NCBI GenBank assembly: GCA_039588155.1
Contig: JBDHAI010000009.1
Coordinates: 1 to 34,699 of the forward strand
DNA: 34,699 bases
Direction of reading: 5' to 3'
DNA from: Gemmatimonadota bacterium
GTDB taxonomy: Bacteria > Gemmatimonadota > Gemmatimonadetes > Palauibacterales > KS3-K002
Shown: piece by piece, positions 18,201-26,369 of the stretch
Layout: every line of letters starts with the position of its first letter
Position numbering within the stretch: the stretch's first letter is position 1
The notes under the pieces: model-generated
Seen by the model: only the letters and a program-made list of their open reading frames with translations
The model's database searches: none
What the model was told of the DNA's origin: nothing
Translations under genes and position numbers: made by a program

Positions 18201-18443
18201 AACCGCATTCAGCGGCTCCGAAAGGAAGCGGGGCTGGAACTGGACGACAGGATCCGTTTGGGTATCTTTGGGGCGCCCGAAGTGGTCTCAGCGGCGAAGA
18301 CTCATCGTAACTATATCGCCGGCGAGGTGCTGGCGGTGGAAGTGGAGGTTGGCTCACATCAGCCGCAGCGCCCCGGGTACGAGCATACGCGGGAGATTCA
18401 GCTCGAGGGGCGCGAGGCGGTGATTGCCGTCGAGGTCGGGTGA
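15291..18443 (+). CDS. ileS: Isoleucine--tRNA ligase, type 2 (IleRS2)
   Basis: EGPPTANG.PGIHH, GWDTHGLPVE, WTTTPWTLP, DWALSRDRYWGTP, EGVDQTRGWFYSL, KMSKS; C-terminal EG.ARELVNRIQ..RK instead of a zinc finger. Confidence 0.98.
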   Translation: MSEERYREIPDNPTELEEAVLDAWEGEDTFGRSLELTSAGEPFVFYEGPPTANGRPGIHHVFSRTLKDTFCRYQTMQGRSVTRIAGWDTHGLPVEVEAEKALGISGKPEIEKIGVERFTEECRRHIFTYKEDWEKLSQRIGFWLDYSQAYVTCYPQYIESVWWALSQFHERGLLYRGHKVVPYCPRCGTGLSSHEVAQGYEEVTEPAVTVKFPVKDRPGEFLLAWTTTPWTLPGNVALAVSPMIAYVKAQVGDEFYYLAERLADDVLGDGYEVLETMPGGKLAGMRYEPVFPFLSDAVGAEDGWYVATADFVTAEEGTGIVHTAVMYGQDDYELGMALGLPAHHLVDEQGRFIDEVKPWAGVFVKDADSEIIASLRDSGRLLESKDHAHTYPFCWRCGTPLLYYARDSWYLRTTAVKDKLLNHNASVSWHPPEIGRGRMAEWLENNVDWALSRDRYWGTPLPVWICDRDDNHIEVIGGYEELGRRSGIEIGSDFDPHKPYIDTVEWRCAVCDGTMRRTPEVIDAWFDSGSMPFAQWHYPIEHGDEFKGQFPADFIAEGVDQTRGWFYSLLAISTVLFDCAPYRHVVVNDLVLDEEGVKMSKSRGNVVDPWEAIHEFGADAIRFYLLSVSNPWFSKRHDRKAIAEVRRKFFGTLSATYRFFELYANLENWTPEERPPIDKRPVMDRWLLSRLDGLVAACRADMDSFDVTPAIRRIGEFVVDDLSNWYVRRSRARFWGTRSATRETLEAAFATLWETLVAVCRLLAPMTPFLTDWIHRELTGKSVHLESYPGLEGYQNTDLDASMDLGRRLSGLGRGARESAGIRVRQPLRRLTAAVPPGLASRMDREVLEIVRDELNVRELAFVDDPGELLTYRAEPNFAVLGPEFGPRAARVAEAVRGLEGSELGAWRSRGGKLSVQVDGEGVELPAAAVTVVEEPQPGLVVQSEAGITVALDVVLDDGLRSEGTARELVNRIQRLRKEAGLELDDRIRLGIFGAPEVVSAAKTHRNYIAGEVLAVEVEVGSHQPQRPGYEHTREIQLEGREAVIAVEVG

Positions 18444-18499
18444 AACGAGGCGGGCTATCGGGCTCAACACGCGTTGAAATTGGGAACCCAGGAGTAGCG

Positions 18500-18886
18500 A
18501 TGACCACGAACAAGAAAGACCGGGCGCATTTCGAGCAGCGCCTTCTTGAAGACCGGGAGCGGGTCGTCAAGCAGCTGGCGCAGTTCGACGAATCCTTCTC
18601 CAACAGTCTGCAGGCATCCGACGGCGATTTGTCGGCGTACAGCTTCCATATGGCGGATCAAGGAACCGACGCGATGGAGCGAGAGAAGGCTTTCCTGTTT
18701 GCGAGCAAGGAAGGACGGCTCCTCTATCATATCGATGAGGCATTGCGTCGACTCTACAAGTCGCCGGAAACCTTCGGAACCTGTGAGGAATGCGGGTCGC
18801 CGATCGGTTATGAACGATTGGATGCCCTGCCTCACGCTAGGCTCTGCATCGAGTGCAAAGAGCGTGAGGAGAACGGTGACGCTTAA
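18500..18886 (+). CDS. TraR/DksA C4 zinc-finger protein
   Basis: Coiled coil with an HMADQGTD tip; GTCEEC...ERL.ALP.ARLCIEC; SD AGGAG before ATG 18500. Confidence 0.9.
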   Translation: MTTNKKDRAHFEQRLLEDRERVVKQLAQFDESFSNSLQASDGDLSAYSFHMADQGTDAMEREKAFLFASKEGRLLYHIDEALRRLYKSPETFGTCEECGSPIGYERLDALPHARLCIECKEREENGDA

Positions 18887-19439
18887 CGGCTACCCGGTCG
18901 AGGAGTTGGGCAAGCCTGAAGAGCTGACGGCGGTTTCCGAACGCGGGAAGCTTGCGGCCTTTGCCGGCACGGCTGTCCTCATCCTGATGCTGGATATCTT
19001 CACGAAGTACCTGATCCAGCAAACCATGCATAAGTATGACTCGATTCCCGTACTCGGTGACTTCTTTCGCCTGACCTTCATTCACAACCCCGGAGCAGCC
19101 TTCGGGCTCCATCTCGGAGCCTACTCTCGCTTCATCTTCTTGGGCTTGGCCTTCATCGCGCTCGGGGTCCTTGTAGTCATGTACCGGCACACCTCGTCGA
19201 ACGACAAGACGAAGCTGTTCGCTATAGGCGCCATCGCCGGCGGAGCTTTGGGGAACGTCGTCGACCGCATCCGTTCGGCGGAGGGCGTGGTCGATTTCCT
19301 CGATTTCGGCGTCGGTAACCTGCGCTGGCCCGTCTTCAACGTTGCGGATACTGCGGTCACGATCGGCGCGGTGCTGCTCTTGTTTTCGCTCTGGGCGGAG
19401 GACCGGCGCCGTGACCGCGAAAAAAGTGGATCGGCTTGA
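18876..19439 (+). CDS. lspA: Lipoprotein signal peptidase II
   Basis: D..TK, HNPGAAFG, GGALGNVVDR, VVDFLD, PVFNVAD; GTG start after GAGGAG. Confidence 0.95.
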   Translation: MTLNGYPVEELGKPEELTAVSERGKLAAFAGTAVLILMLDIFTKYLIQQTMHKYDSIPVLGDFFRLTFIHNPGAAFGLHLGAYSRFIFLGLAFIALGVLVVMYRHTSSNDKTKLFAIGAIAGGALGNVVDRIRSAEGVVDFLDFGVGNLRWPVFNVADTAVTIGAVLLLFSLWAEDRRRDREKSGSA

Positions 19440-20403
19440 GAAACAGGACGGTACCGTTGTCTATCGCATTCGCGTCGAGGAACCGCCCGACCAAAGACTC
19501 GACCGCTTCCTCGCCGAACAACTGTCACTTAGCCGCTCCCATACAGCTGCTCTGATCGAAGCTGGCCGCGTTCACATCGGCGAGCACGTTCCCAAGAAAA
19601 GCTACATACCGGAACCGGGGGACATCATCATCGTCGCAGTCCCGCCCCCGCCACCCATCGCCGCCGAGGCCGAGGATATCCCGCTCGAGATCCTCTATGA
19701 AGACGACGGCTTTCTCGTTGTTAATAAACCAGCTGGAATGGTCGTGCATCCAGCCCCTGGACACCGGCGTGGCACTCTCGTAAACGCTCTGTTGCATCGC
19801 GTCGGCCAGCTCTCAACCGTGGGAGGTGCACACCGCCCGGGCATCGTGCATCGCCTCGACAAGGACACCTCGGGGCTCGTCATCGTGGCCAAAGACGAGA
19901 AGGTGCACCGCAAGCTCGCTGATGCCCTCGCTCGTCGGAAGATACGCCGTCACTACCTGGCGGCTTGCTGGGGCCACCTGCCGGACGACAGCTTGCTCAT
20001 CGAGGCCGACATCGGGCGGCACCGCCGCGACCGCAAGAAGATGGCGGTGGTGCCGGGAGCTCGACCCGCAGCCACCGAGATCCAGCGGCTGGAGCGTTGG
20101 CGCGCCGCCGACTTCCTCCGCATACGGCTGCACAGCGGCCGCACGCACCAGATTCGTGTGCACCTCCACCACATCGGCCACCCGATCGTCGGCGACCGCC
20201 AATATGGTGCGGCTTGGGAGCGGGGATTGGGGGGTGCCGGAGACCGCTGGCCCCGGGATTTTGTGAGGCAGGTGACACGGCAGTTCCTTCACGCCGCGGA
20301 ACTCGCCCTGGAGCACCCCATAACGGGAGCTAGCTTACAATTCTCGGCCCCGCTGCCCGAGGCGCTCGAAGAGGCGGCAGAATGGGCTCGCCAGACGAGT
20401 TGA
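19411..20403 (+). CDS. rluD: RluA-family 23S rRNA pseudouridine synthase (S4 plus catalytic domain)
   Basis: RLDRFL...SRS S4 domain, NKPAGMVVHP, HRLDKDTSG, GRTHQIRVH, LHA; GTG start after GGAGGA. Confidence 0.92.
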   Translation: MTAKKVDRLEKQDGTVVYRIRVEEPPDQRLDRFLAEQLSLSRSHTAALIEAGRVHIGEHVPKKSYIPEPGDIIIVAVPPPPPIAAEAEDIPLEILYEDDGFLVVNKPAGMVVHPAPGHRRGTLVNALLHRVGQLSTVGGAHRPGIVHRLDKDTSGLVIVAKDEKVHRKLADALARRKIRRHYLAACWGHLPDDSLLIEADIGRHRRDRKKMAVVPGARPAATEIQRLERWRAADFLRIRLHSGRTHQIRVHLHHIGHPIVGDRQYGAAWERGLGGAGDRWPRDFVRQVTRQFLHAAELALEHPITGASLQFSAPLPEALEEAAEWARQTS

Positions 20404-20428
20404 CCGAGGCGTTAGTCGTTATTAAACT
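20400..20428 (+). promoter_or_regulatory. Putative sigma70 promoter of the che/mgl operon
   Basis: TTGACC, 17 nt, TAAACT in an AT-rich patch; a second TATACT follows at 20429-34. Confidence 0.6.
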
Positions 20429-20487
20429 TATACTTCCGCGAGTGACTGCACTCGATCCCTCCCCCGGTTCCCACGAGTTCCAGAGGG

Positions 20488-20991
20488 TTGTTCAAGGTGT
20501 CGGACTACGCCAGGCGCCAGCTTCTCTTCGAGGTAGGCGACTACTTGTTCGCCGCCGACGCCGGTGAGGTGCTGGAGATCCTCGAACCGGTAAGCGCGAC
20601 GCCCGTCCCTGGCGCCGTCGCGGGCGTCGACGGTCTGGTCAATCTGCGCGGAAAGCTGATCGTTTCCGGCCATTTCGCGAGGCTACTCGGGTTGAAGCGG
20701 GAAGGGGTGGATGAGCCCGCGCTGGTGGTGTTCGAGCACGGAGGTCGCTCGGTCGCCCTGCAGGTCGATGGAGTCGTGGGAATGGCCCCCGCATCAGGCG
20801 GGGAGCTAGATGTGGGGGGTGACCTTCTAGCGGCGCTGGGCGCACGCGATGTCGTCCGGGGTGTGGGGCGATTCGGATCGCGGCCGTACTTCCAGTTAGA
20901 CATGGCGGCGGTCTTCGCGCGAGTGCTGGAGCGGGACGGCGAGGGTGGTCCGGGGTTAGAGCTGGGATCGACGGAAGGGCAGGTTGCATAA
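20488..20991 (+). CDS. cheW: Chemotaxis coupling protein CheW
   Basis: V.EIL...TPVPGA...V.GLVNLRG and AL.VD.V motifs. Start is TTG 20488 or GTG 20497. Confidence 0.88.
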   Translation: MFKVSDYARRQLLFEVGDYLFAADAGEVLEILEPVSATPVPGAVAGVDGLVNLRGKLIVSGHFARLLGLKREGVDEPALVVFEHGGRSVALQVDGVVGMAPASGGELDVGGDLLAALGARDVVRGVGRFGSRPYFQLDMAAVFARVLERDGEGGPGLELGSTEGQVA

Positions 20992-21353
20992 TGGGCCGCA
21001 CGGTGCTGGTTGTAGATGATGCGATCTTCATGCGCACGATGATCGGTGACATCCTGAAGCAGGCCGGCTTCGAGGTGGTGGGCGAGGCTGCATCGGGCAT
21101 CGAGGCCGTAGAGAGGTACAAGGAGCTGAATCCGGATCTGGTCACCATGGACATCGTTATGCCCGACATGGGTGGAATCGATGCGGTGCGTGCGATCATC
21201 AAAGAGGATCCAGACGCGAGAATCCTCATGTGCAGCGCGATGGGGCAACAGGGTTTGGTGGTCGAAGCGATTCAGGCGGGGGCGCGCGATTTCGTGGTCA
21301 AGCCGTTTCAGCCTTCACGAGTTATCGAAGCTGTTCAGCGCTTGTTGGGATGA
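20991..21353 (+). CDS. cheY: Single-domain response regulator CheY
   Basis: VLVVDDAIFMR, VTMDIVMPDMGG (phospho-Asp), MCSAMGQ, FVVKPF; Thermotoga/Bacillus-like style. Confidence 0.93.
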   Translation: MGRTVLVVDDAIFMRTMIGDILKQAGFEVVGEAASGIEAVERYKELNPDLVTMDIVMPDMGGIDAVRAIIKEDPDARILMCSAMGQQGLVVEAIQAGARDFVVKPFQPSRVIEAVQRLLG

Positions 21354-23011
21354 GCGAGCACGACAAGTACGCCCAGCTATTTGCAGCGGAGGCGCGCGAG
21401 CATCTTTCTGAGATGAGTCGCGCGCTCGTTGCACTGGAGGACGAGCAGCAAGGCGGCGAGGCGCTCGATTCCGTTTTTCGCTCAGTCCACACCATCAAGG
21501 GTATGGCGGGGGCGATGGGCTATGACGTGGCGTCGCGCCTAGCTCACAACATCGAGTCGTTACTGGATGAGCTGAGGTCTGAAGAACGAGAGGCGAGGGG
21601 CGACGTCGTGGACCTTCTGCTCGAGGCCACCGATGTGCTGGACGCCGTCGTCGAGGCGACGGTCGCGGGCAAGCAGCCACCGGATCCGTCAGACATCGTG
21701 GAGCGTCTCGTCCTGTGTCGGCTGGCCGATGAGGGTGGCGGCGGTCCGGAGGTCGGTCGGGCGGCGGCAAGGGAAACGAGGGCCGCTCTGCCTGGGGCGG
21801 CAGGGCCGTCGGGCATTTCCTCGATTGCGCGGGCGGGGGCGACCTCTCGCCGCGCCGACTCGAGTCGCGTTCGCGTCGACATCAGACGGCTCGATGCACT
21901 GCTGAATCTATTGGGTGAACTGACGATCGTGCGCAGTCGTCTGCGAGCGCTGGCCGATGACCTCGAGTCGGAAGGGCTATCCGAAGCTGTGGAAGAAGCG
22001 AGCAAGCTCGTCGGCGAAATGCAGATGCACGTCATTGAAAGCCGAATGGTTCCTGTCTGGCAGATCTTCGATCGTTTTCCGCGGCTCGTGAGAGACGCCG
22101 CGCGTGCAGCGGGGAAGGAAGTGGAGCTGGACATCAGCGGCAAGGAGCTGGAGCTGGATCGTTCGATGCTGGATGCGATCAGCGATCCGCTCGTTCACTT
22201 GTTGCGTAATGCGGTCGACCATGGCATCGAGTCGCCCGACGAGCGCGAGAAGCACGGGAAGCCGCGGGCCGGGCGGGTTGGACTGTCGGCGCGCCGCGAG
22301 CGGTCTCGCGTGGTCATCGTGGTGCGAGACGACGGTCGCGGTATCGACCGCGACGAAATCACGGCTCTGGCACGGCATCGAGGTCTGCTCGCCAAGAACG
22401 CCGAGTTGAGCGATCAGGAGCTGTTCCGGATCGTGGCTCGGCCTGGGTTTTCCACTGTCGAGAAGGTCACGGCGCTTTCCGGTCGCGGTGTCGGGCTCAA
22501 CGTCGTGGACGACACGATTCGCGGACTTGGCGGTTCTGTCGAGCTGCGAACCGAGGAGCGGGGCGGCACGACCGTCCGTCTCGAGCTTCCGCTCACGCTC
22601 GTCATCCTGCCGGCGCTGGTCGTGGAAGTCGGTGGCCAATTCTATGCGCTTCCAGCTACGTTCACCCGGGAGAGCTTCGAAGCGATCGAGTCGGATGTCG
22701 AGCGAGCCCACGGGCGCGAGTGGATCTGCTGGCGTCACGAGCGCGTGCCGCTCACGCGTCTGCAGAGGCTGTTTGGCAACGGCCGCGAGGCTCGCAACGG
22801 TGCTAAGCTAAAGCTGGTAGCGCTGGAATATGGTGGCGAGAAGCTGGTGGTCTCGGTGGATGGCTTCGTGCGCGAGGAGGAGATAGTGGTCAAGTCTTTC
22901 GATCCGCCGCTCGGCACGGTCCCGGTTTTCTCGGGAGCCACAGTTCGTTCGGACGGGCGGCCGGCGCTCGTTGTGGATGTCGGCAACTTAGACGGGGCTA
23001 GTTACTCGTAG
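21350..23011 (+). CDS. cheA: Chemotaxis histidine kinase CheA (P1-P3-P4-P5, no evident P2)
   Basis: FRSVHTIKG Hpt, VRVD..RLD.L.NL.GEL, HLLRNAVDHGIE, DDGRGID, PGFST, SGRGVG, C-terminal CheW domain; ATGA overlap with cheY. Confidence 0.96.
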   Translation: MSEHDKYAQLFAAEAREHLSEMSRALVALEDEQQGGEALDSVFRSVHTIKGMAGAMGYDVASRLAHNIESLLDELRSEEREARGDVVDLLLEATDVLDAVVEATVAGKQPPDPSDIVERLVLCRLADEGGGGPEVGRAAARETRAALPGAAGPSGISSIARAGATSRRADSSRVRVDIRRLDALLNLLGELTIVRSRLRALADDLESEGLSEAVEEASKLVGEMQMHVIESRMVPVWQIFDRFPRLVRDAARAAGKEVELDISGKELELDRSMLDAISDPLVHLLRNAVDHGIESPDEREKHGKPRAGRVGLSARRERSRVVIVVRDDGRGIDRDEITALARHRGLLAKNAELSDQELFRIVARPGFSTVEKVTALSGRGVGLNVVDDTIRGLGGSVELRTEERGGTTVRLELPLTLVILPALVVEVGGQFYALPATFTRESFEAIESDVERAHGREWICWRHERVPLTRLQRLFGNGREARNGAKLKLVALEYGGEKLVVSVDGFVREEEIVVKSFDPPLGTVPVFSGATVRSDGRPALVVDVGNLDGASYS

Positions 23012-23026
23012 CCAACGGTTGCTTTA

Positions 23027-23647
23027 ATGGATGAAGCACAAGATCGACGCGACCTGCAGCTCGATGCGCTGAAAGAGGTCGCGAACGTCGGGGCAGGCCA
23101 TGCGGCGACGGCGCTGAGTCAGCTAACGAATCGCCGGGTGATGATCGACGTTCCCAGTGTGCAGGTATGCGACATCGAGGAAGCGGCTGCGGGTGTGTTG
23201 AACGGGAACGGTGTGGTCGCGGCCATCCTGATGCACGTCCTTGGCGACTTAACGGGGCGCAGTCTTATGCTGTTCGACAAGGACTGCGCGTTGCAGCTCG
23301 CGGATTTGCTACTGAGCAGGGAGCCGGGTACGACCAAGGTATTCGGTGAACTCGAGCAATCATCGCTCAAGGAGACGGCCAACATTCTTACGGGTGCGTA
23401 CTTGGGTGGTCTCTCCGACTTGTTGGGGCTAATGCTCATACCTTCGGTGCCCAGTCTGGCCATCGACCTGTGTGCGGCGGTGCTGTCCACCGCCTATCTC
23501 AACTTTGGGTATGAACGGGGCATCGTGATCATTCTGGACACGCGCTTTAGGTTCGAACCCGGAGGTACCGGCATGGCCGGACACTTTGTTCTCTTGCCGG
23601 ATCCGGCGAGCCTCGACGTGATTCTGAGGGCCGCTCGGCTCACCTAG
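23027..23647 (+). CDS. cheC: CheY-P phosphatase CheC
   Basis: Two ExxN motifs: DALKEVANVGAGHAATALS and SSLKETANIL; PS.P motifs. Confidence 0.93.
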   Translation: MDEAQDRRDLQLDALKEVANVGAGHAATALSQLTNRRVMIDVPSVQVCDIEEAAAGVLNGNGVVAAILMHVLGDLTGRSLMLFDKDCALQLADLLLSREPGTTKVFGELEQSSLKETANILTGAYLGGLSDLLGLMLIPSVPSLAIDLCAAVLSTAYLNFGYERGIVIILDTRFRFEPGGTGMAGHFVLLPDPASLDVILRAARLT

Positions 23648-23651
23648 AAGG

Positions 23652-26369
23652 ATGACTGGACTAGTTCACTCTGAGGACGACCTTCGCGTACTGCGGGCTC
23701 TGGCCAATCGCATAGATCCTGGAGACGCAGGGGCGTGCAACAACCTGGGAGTCGTTTACTTCCAGAAGAGCCTGTTCGAGGAAGCGATCGAGCAGTTTCG
23801 TCGCGCGCTCGAGATCGATGGAAAGATGGAAGTCGCGCGCCGCAATCTTGAGATCGCTTACCATCAGACGGGCTACTACGATCGTCGAATCGCAGAGCTG
23901 ATTGGCCGCATTCAGGCCGACGATGATGACGACAAGGCGCGTCGCGAGTTGGCCGAATCCTTCCTGCAGGCCGGACGTGTAGACGAGGCGATCGCGCAGT
24001 ACGAGACGCTGGCGGGCAGCCACCCCGACGACTGGCGTCTCCTCATGCAACTGGGCAATGCCGAGAAGAATCGGGGCGAGCTGAAGCGCGCCAGCGAGTG
24101 GTTCGAGCGCGTGCGCGAGCTCGAGCCGAAGCGAGCCGCCGTTTACTATGCTCTAGGCGAAATCCTCTACAACCAAGGGATGAATGAAGAGGCCATCGCC
24201 CACCTGCGTAAGGCGCTGTCGCTCGATGCAGGGCTGGCGGATGCCCACCGGCTGCTCAGCTTCATCTACGGCGAGGTCGGCGAGTCGGATAAAGCGGCGG
24301 AACACGCCACGCGAGCGGTCGAGCTCAACCCAGCGGCGGCGCGTGCGCAAGTCAACCTCTCGCTGGACCGCTACAGCTCGGCTCAGTACCACGAGCTGAC
24401 CGGGGGCGAGCCGACGCCGGCGGCGCAGCCCAAGGAGGCCTTCGCGCACCTGGCCCTGGGGATCGCCTTCAGAGCGCGCGGTTTCTACGAGGAAGCGCGA
24501 CAGGAGCTCTCACGGGGACGAGAGGCCGGTGAGGACACAGCGCTGATCGACCAAGCCGAGGCCGAGCTCGCCCTGCTCGAAGGAGACGCCGAAGGTGCGC
24601 TGTCGCGGTACGATGCGCTCCTCTCGAGCCTGGACAGCAGCCCGAAGGTATGGAACGAGCGCGGTGTCGCGCTCCACCAGGTCGGCCGCTTGGATGAGGC
24701 GCAGAAGAGCTACAGCCGTGCGCTGGAGATCGATGAGAACTACGGACTGGCATGGAACAACATAGGCGTTCTGAGTGCTCACCGTGGGGATAGCGCTGCC
24801 GCCGAGGTCGCATTCAAGCGTGCGCTCGAGGTGCAACAGGATTTGGATGACGCGCGACTGAACCTAGGTCTGCTGTGGACGAAGGGCGGGCAACTCGAGA
24901 ATAGTCTGGAACTCCACGAAGAGATGCTGGAGAGCGATGCCAGTCGGGCGGATGCGTGGAACGGCCTGGGCGCGACGTTCATGTCACTGGAGCGTTTTGT
25001 CGAAGCACGTAACGCCTTCGTAAGAGCGGTCGAGCTGAATCCTCATTTTACGCCGGCCCGCTACAACTTGAGCTTCGCTCTCGCTCGACTTGGAGATCAT
25101 GAAGGAGCTCTGCGCGAGACCAAGCAGGCACTCGAGCTCGATCCGTACTACACGTCGCCGCGTTACAAGCTCTCTATCGACCTGCATTACGAAGGAAGTG
25201 AAGTCTGGGCGCCTGAATTGGCGGCGCCCGAGCGAATCGAGGCCCGCGGGCCGGCAATTCGCGACTTCGAGTTCGATCCAGCAGAACTCGAGGATGTGTT
25301 CAAGGAGCTCGACGCTCCGGGCTTGGCCGAGGCGGGAGCCGTGGAAGTGGTCGAGGAGGTCGCGGCCGTCTCGCTCGCGGCGGCACGCGAGTATCTGGCC
25401 AACGGGCTCTACGACCGCGCACTTGCAGAGGCGACACAGGCCGTTCGCGAAGGCGCGGACAGAGCGGATGGCGCGCTGTTGATCGGCGAGGTGTACACGC
25501 AGCGCGGCCTCCACGGTGAGGCGCTCGAGCGCTACGAGCAGGCTCGGCGATTGCGACCCGGTGATCCCGAGGCCCTGGCGGGAGCGGCCCGCTGCCTGCT
25601 GCGGCTCGATAGGTTGGAAGAGGCCCGCGAGTTGGCTGAAGAACTGCAGCCGCAGGCTGGTGATGATCTCGGCTACATGCTGACGGTCGGCGAGATCCTC
25701 ACGCGGTCGGGCGATGCGAAACGGGCGATGGAGGTGCTCGACATCGCTGTCCAAGCGGCGCCCCACGATCCGGTGGTGCATAGGCAGTTGGCGCGGGCGG
25801 CGCTGGCGGGCGGCAACCGTCGGCGCGCCAAGAACGCGTACTGGAAAGCGATTACAGAGGACCCCGACTACGCGGCGGCGCGGGTCGAGCTGGGACAAAT
25901 ATTGGTTGAAGAGGGCGCCTACGACGAGGCGGAAGGTGAGATTCGCCGCGCTTTGCAGCTGATGCCGACGTACACGACGGCCAATTTGGTACTTGCCGAG
26001 CTGCTCTCGCGCCAGGGAAAGACCCGGGAGACTATTAATTTGATCGCCGGCCTATTGGAGGTCGAACCCTACAATATCGACGCCCTGGTGGTCCTAGGCG
26101 AAGCTCTCGCGGCCGAGGGGCGGCAGCGCGACGCCGAGCAGGCATTTAGCCGGGTGCTGCACTTCGATTCCGATCGGTCGATCGCGCTGTTTCGATCGGG
26201 CGAGTTGGCCGCCGAGTCCGGACGTTACCGAGAGGCTCTCAGCTACTGGCGCCGTCTTTTCGAGGTCGATCCGGAAAGCGAATATGCGGCGCGGGCCCGT
26301 GTGCAAGCGCGGGCAGCGCTGGGTCTGAACATCGCCTTACAGGGCGCAGCGGCGCAGGGTGGTGGATAG
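23652..26369 (+). CDS. Large cytoplasmic TPR-repeat protein (905 aa)
   Basis: Many TPR units (e.g. ACNNLGVVYFQKSLFEEAIEQFRRALEID, VWNERGVALHQVGRLDEAQKSYSRALEID) in clusters separated by acidic linkers; no signal peptide. Confidence 0.92.
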   Translation: MTGLVHSEDDLRVLRALANRIDPGDAGACNNLGVVYFQKSLFEEAIEQFRRALEIDGKMEVARRNLEIAYHQTGYYDRRIAELIGRIQADDDDDKARRELAESFLQAGRVDEAIAQYETLAGSHPDDWRLLMQLGNAEKNRGELKRASEWFERVRELEPKRAAVYYALGEILYNQGMNEEAIAHLRKALSLDAGLADAHRLLSFIYGEVGESDKAAEHATRAVELNPAAARAQVNLSLDRYSSAQYHELTGGEPTPAAQPKEAFAHLALGIAFRARGFYEEARQELSRGREAGEDTALIDQAEAELALLEGDAEGALSRYDALLSSLDSSPKVWNERGVALHQVGRLDEAQKSYSRALEIDENYGLAWNNIGVLSAHRGDSAAAEVAFKRALEVQQDLDDARLNLGLLWTKGGQLENSLELHEEMLESDASRADAWNGLGATFMSLERFVEARNAFVRAVELNPHFTPARYNLSFALARLGDHEGALRETKQALELDPYYTSPRYKLSIDLHYEGSEVWAPELAAPERIEARGPAIRDFEFDPAELEDVFKELDAPGLAEAGAVEVVEEVAAVSLAAAREYLANGLYDRALAEATQAVREGADRADGALLIGEVYTQRGLHGEALERYEQARRLRPGDPEALAGAARCLLRLDRLEEARELAEELQPQAGDDLGYMLTVGEILTRSGDAKRAMEVLDIAVQAAPHDPVVHRQLARAALAGGNRRRAKNAYWKAITEDPDYAAARVELGQILVEEGAYDEAEGEIRRALQLMPTYTTANLVLAELLSRQGKTRETINLIAGLLEVEPYNIDALVVLGEALAAEGRQRDAEQAFSRVLHFDSDRSIALFRSGELAAESGRYREALSYWRRLFEVDPESEYAARARVQARAALGLNIALQGAAAQGGG

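Noticed and set aside
18546-18875. 110-aa N-terminal extension of LspA in the ORF track
   Set aside because: It overlaps the DksA-like gene in another frame; a GTG with SD GAGGAG at 18876 gives a normal-length LspA.
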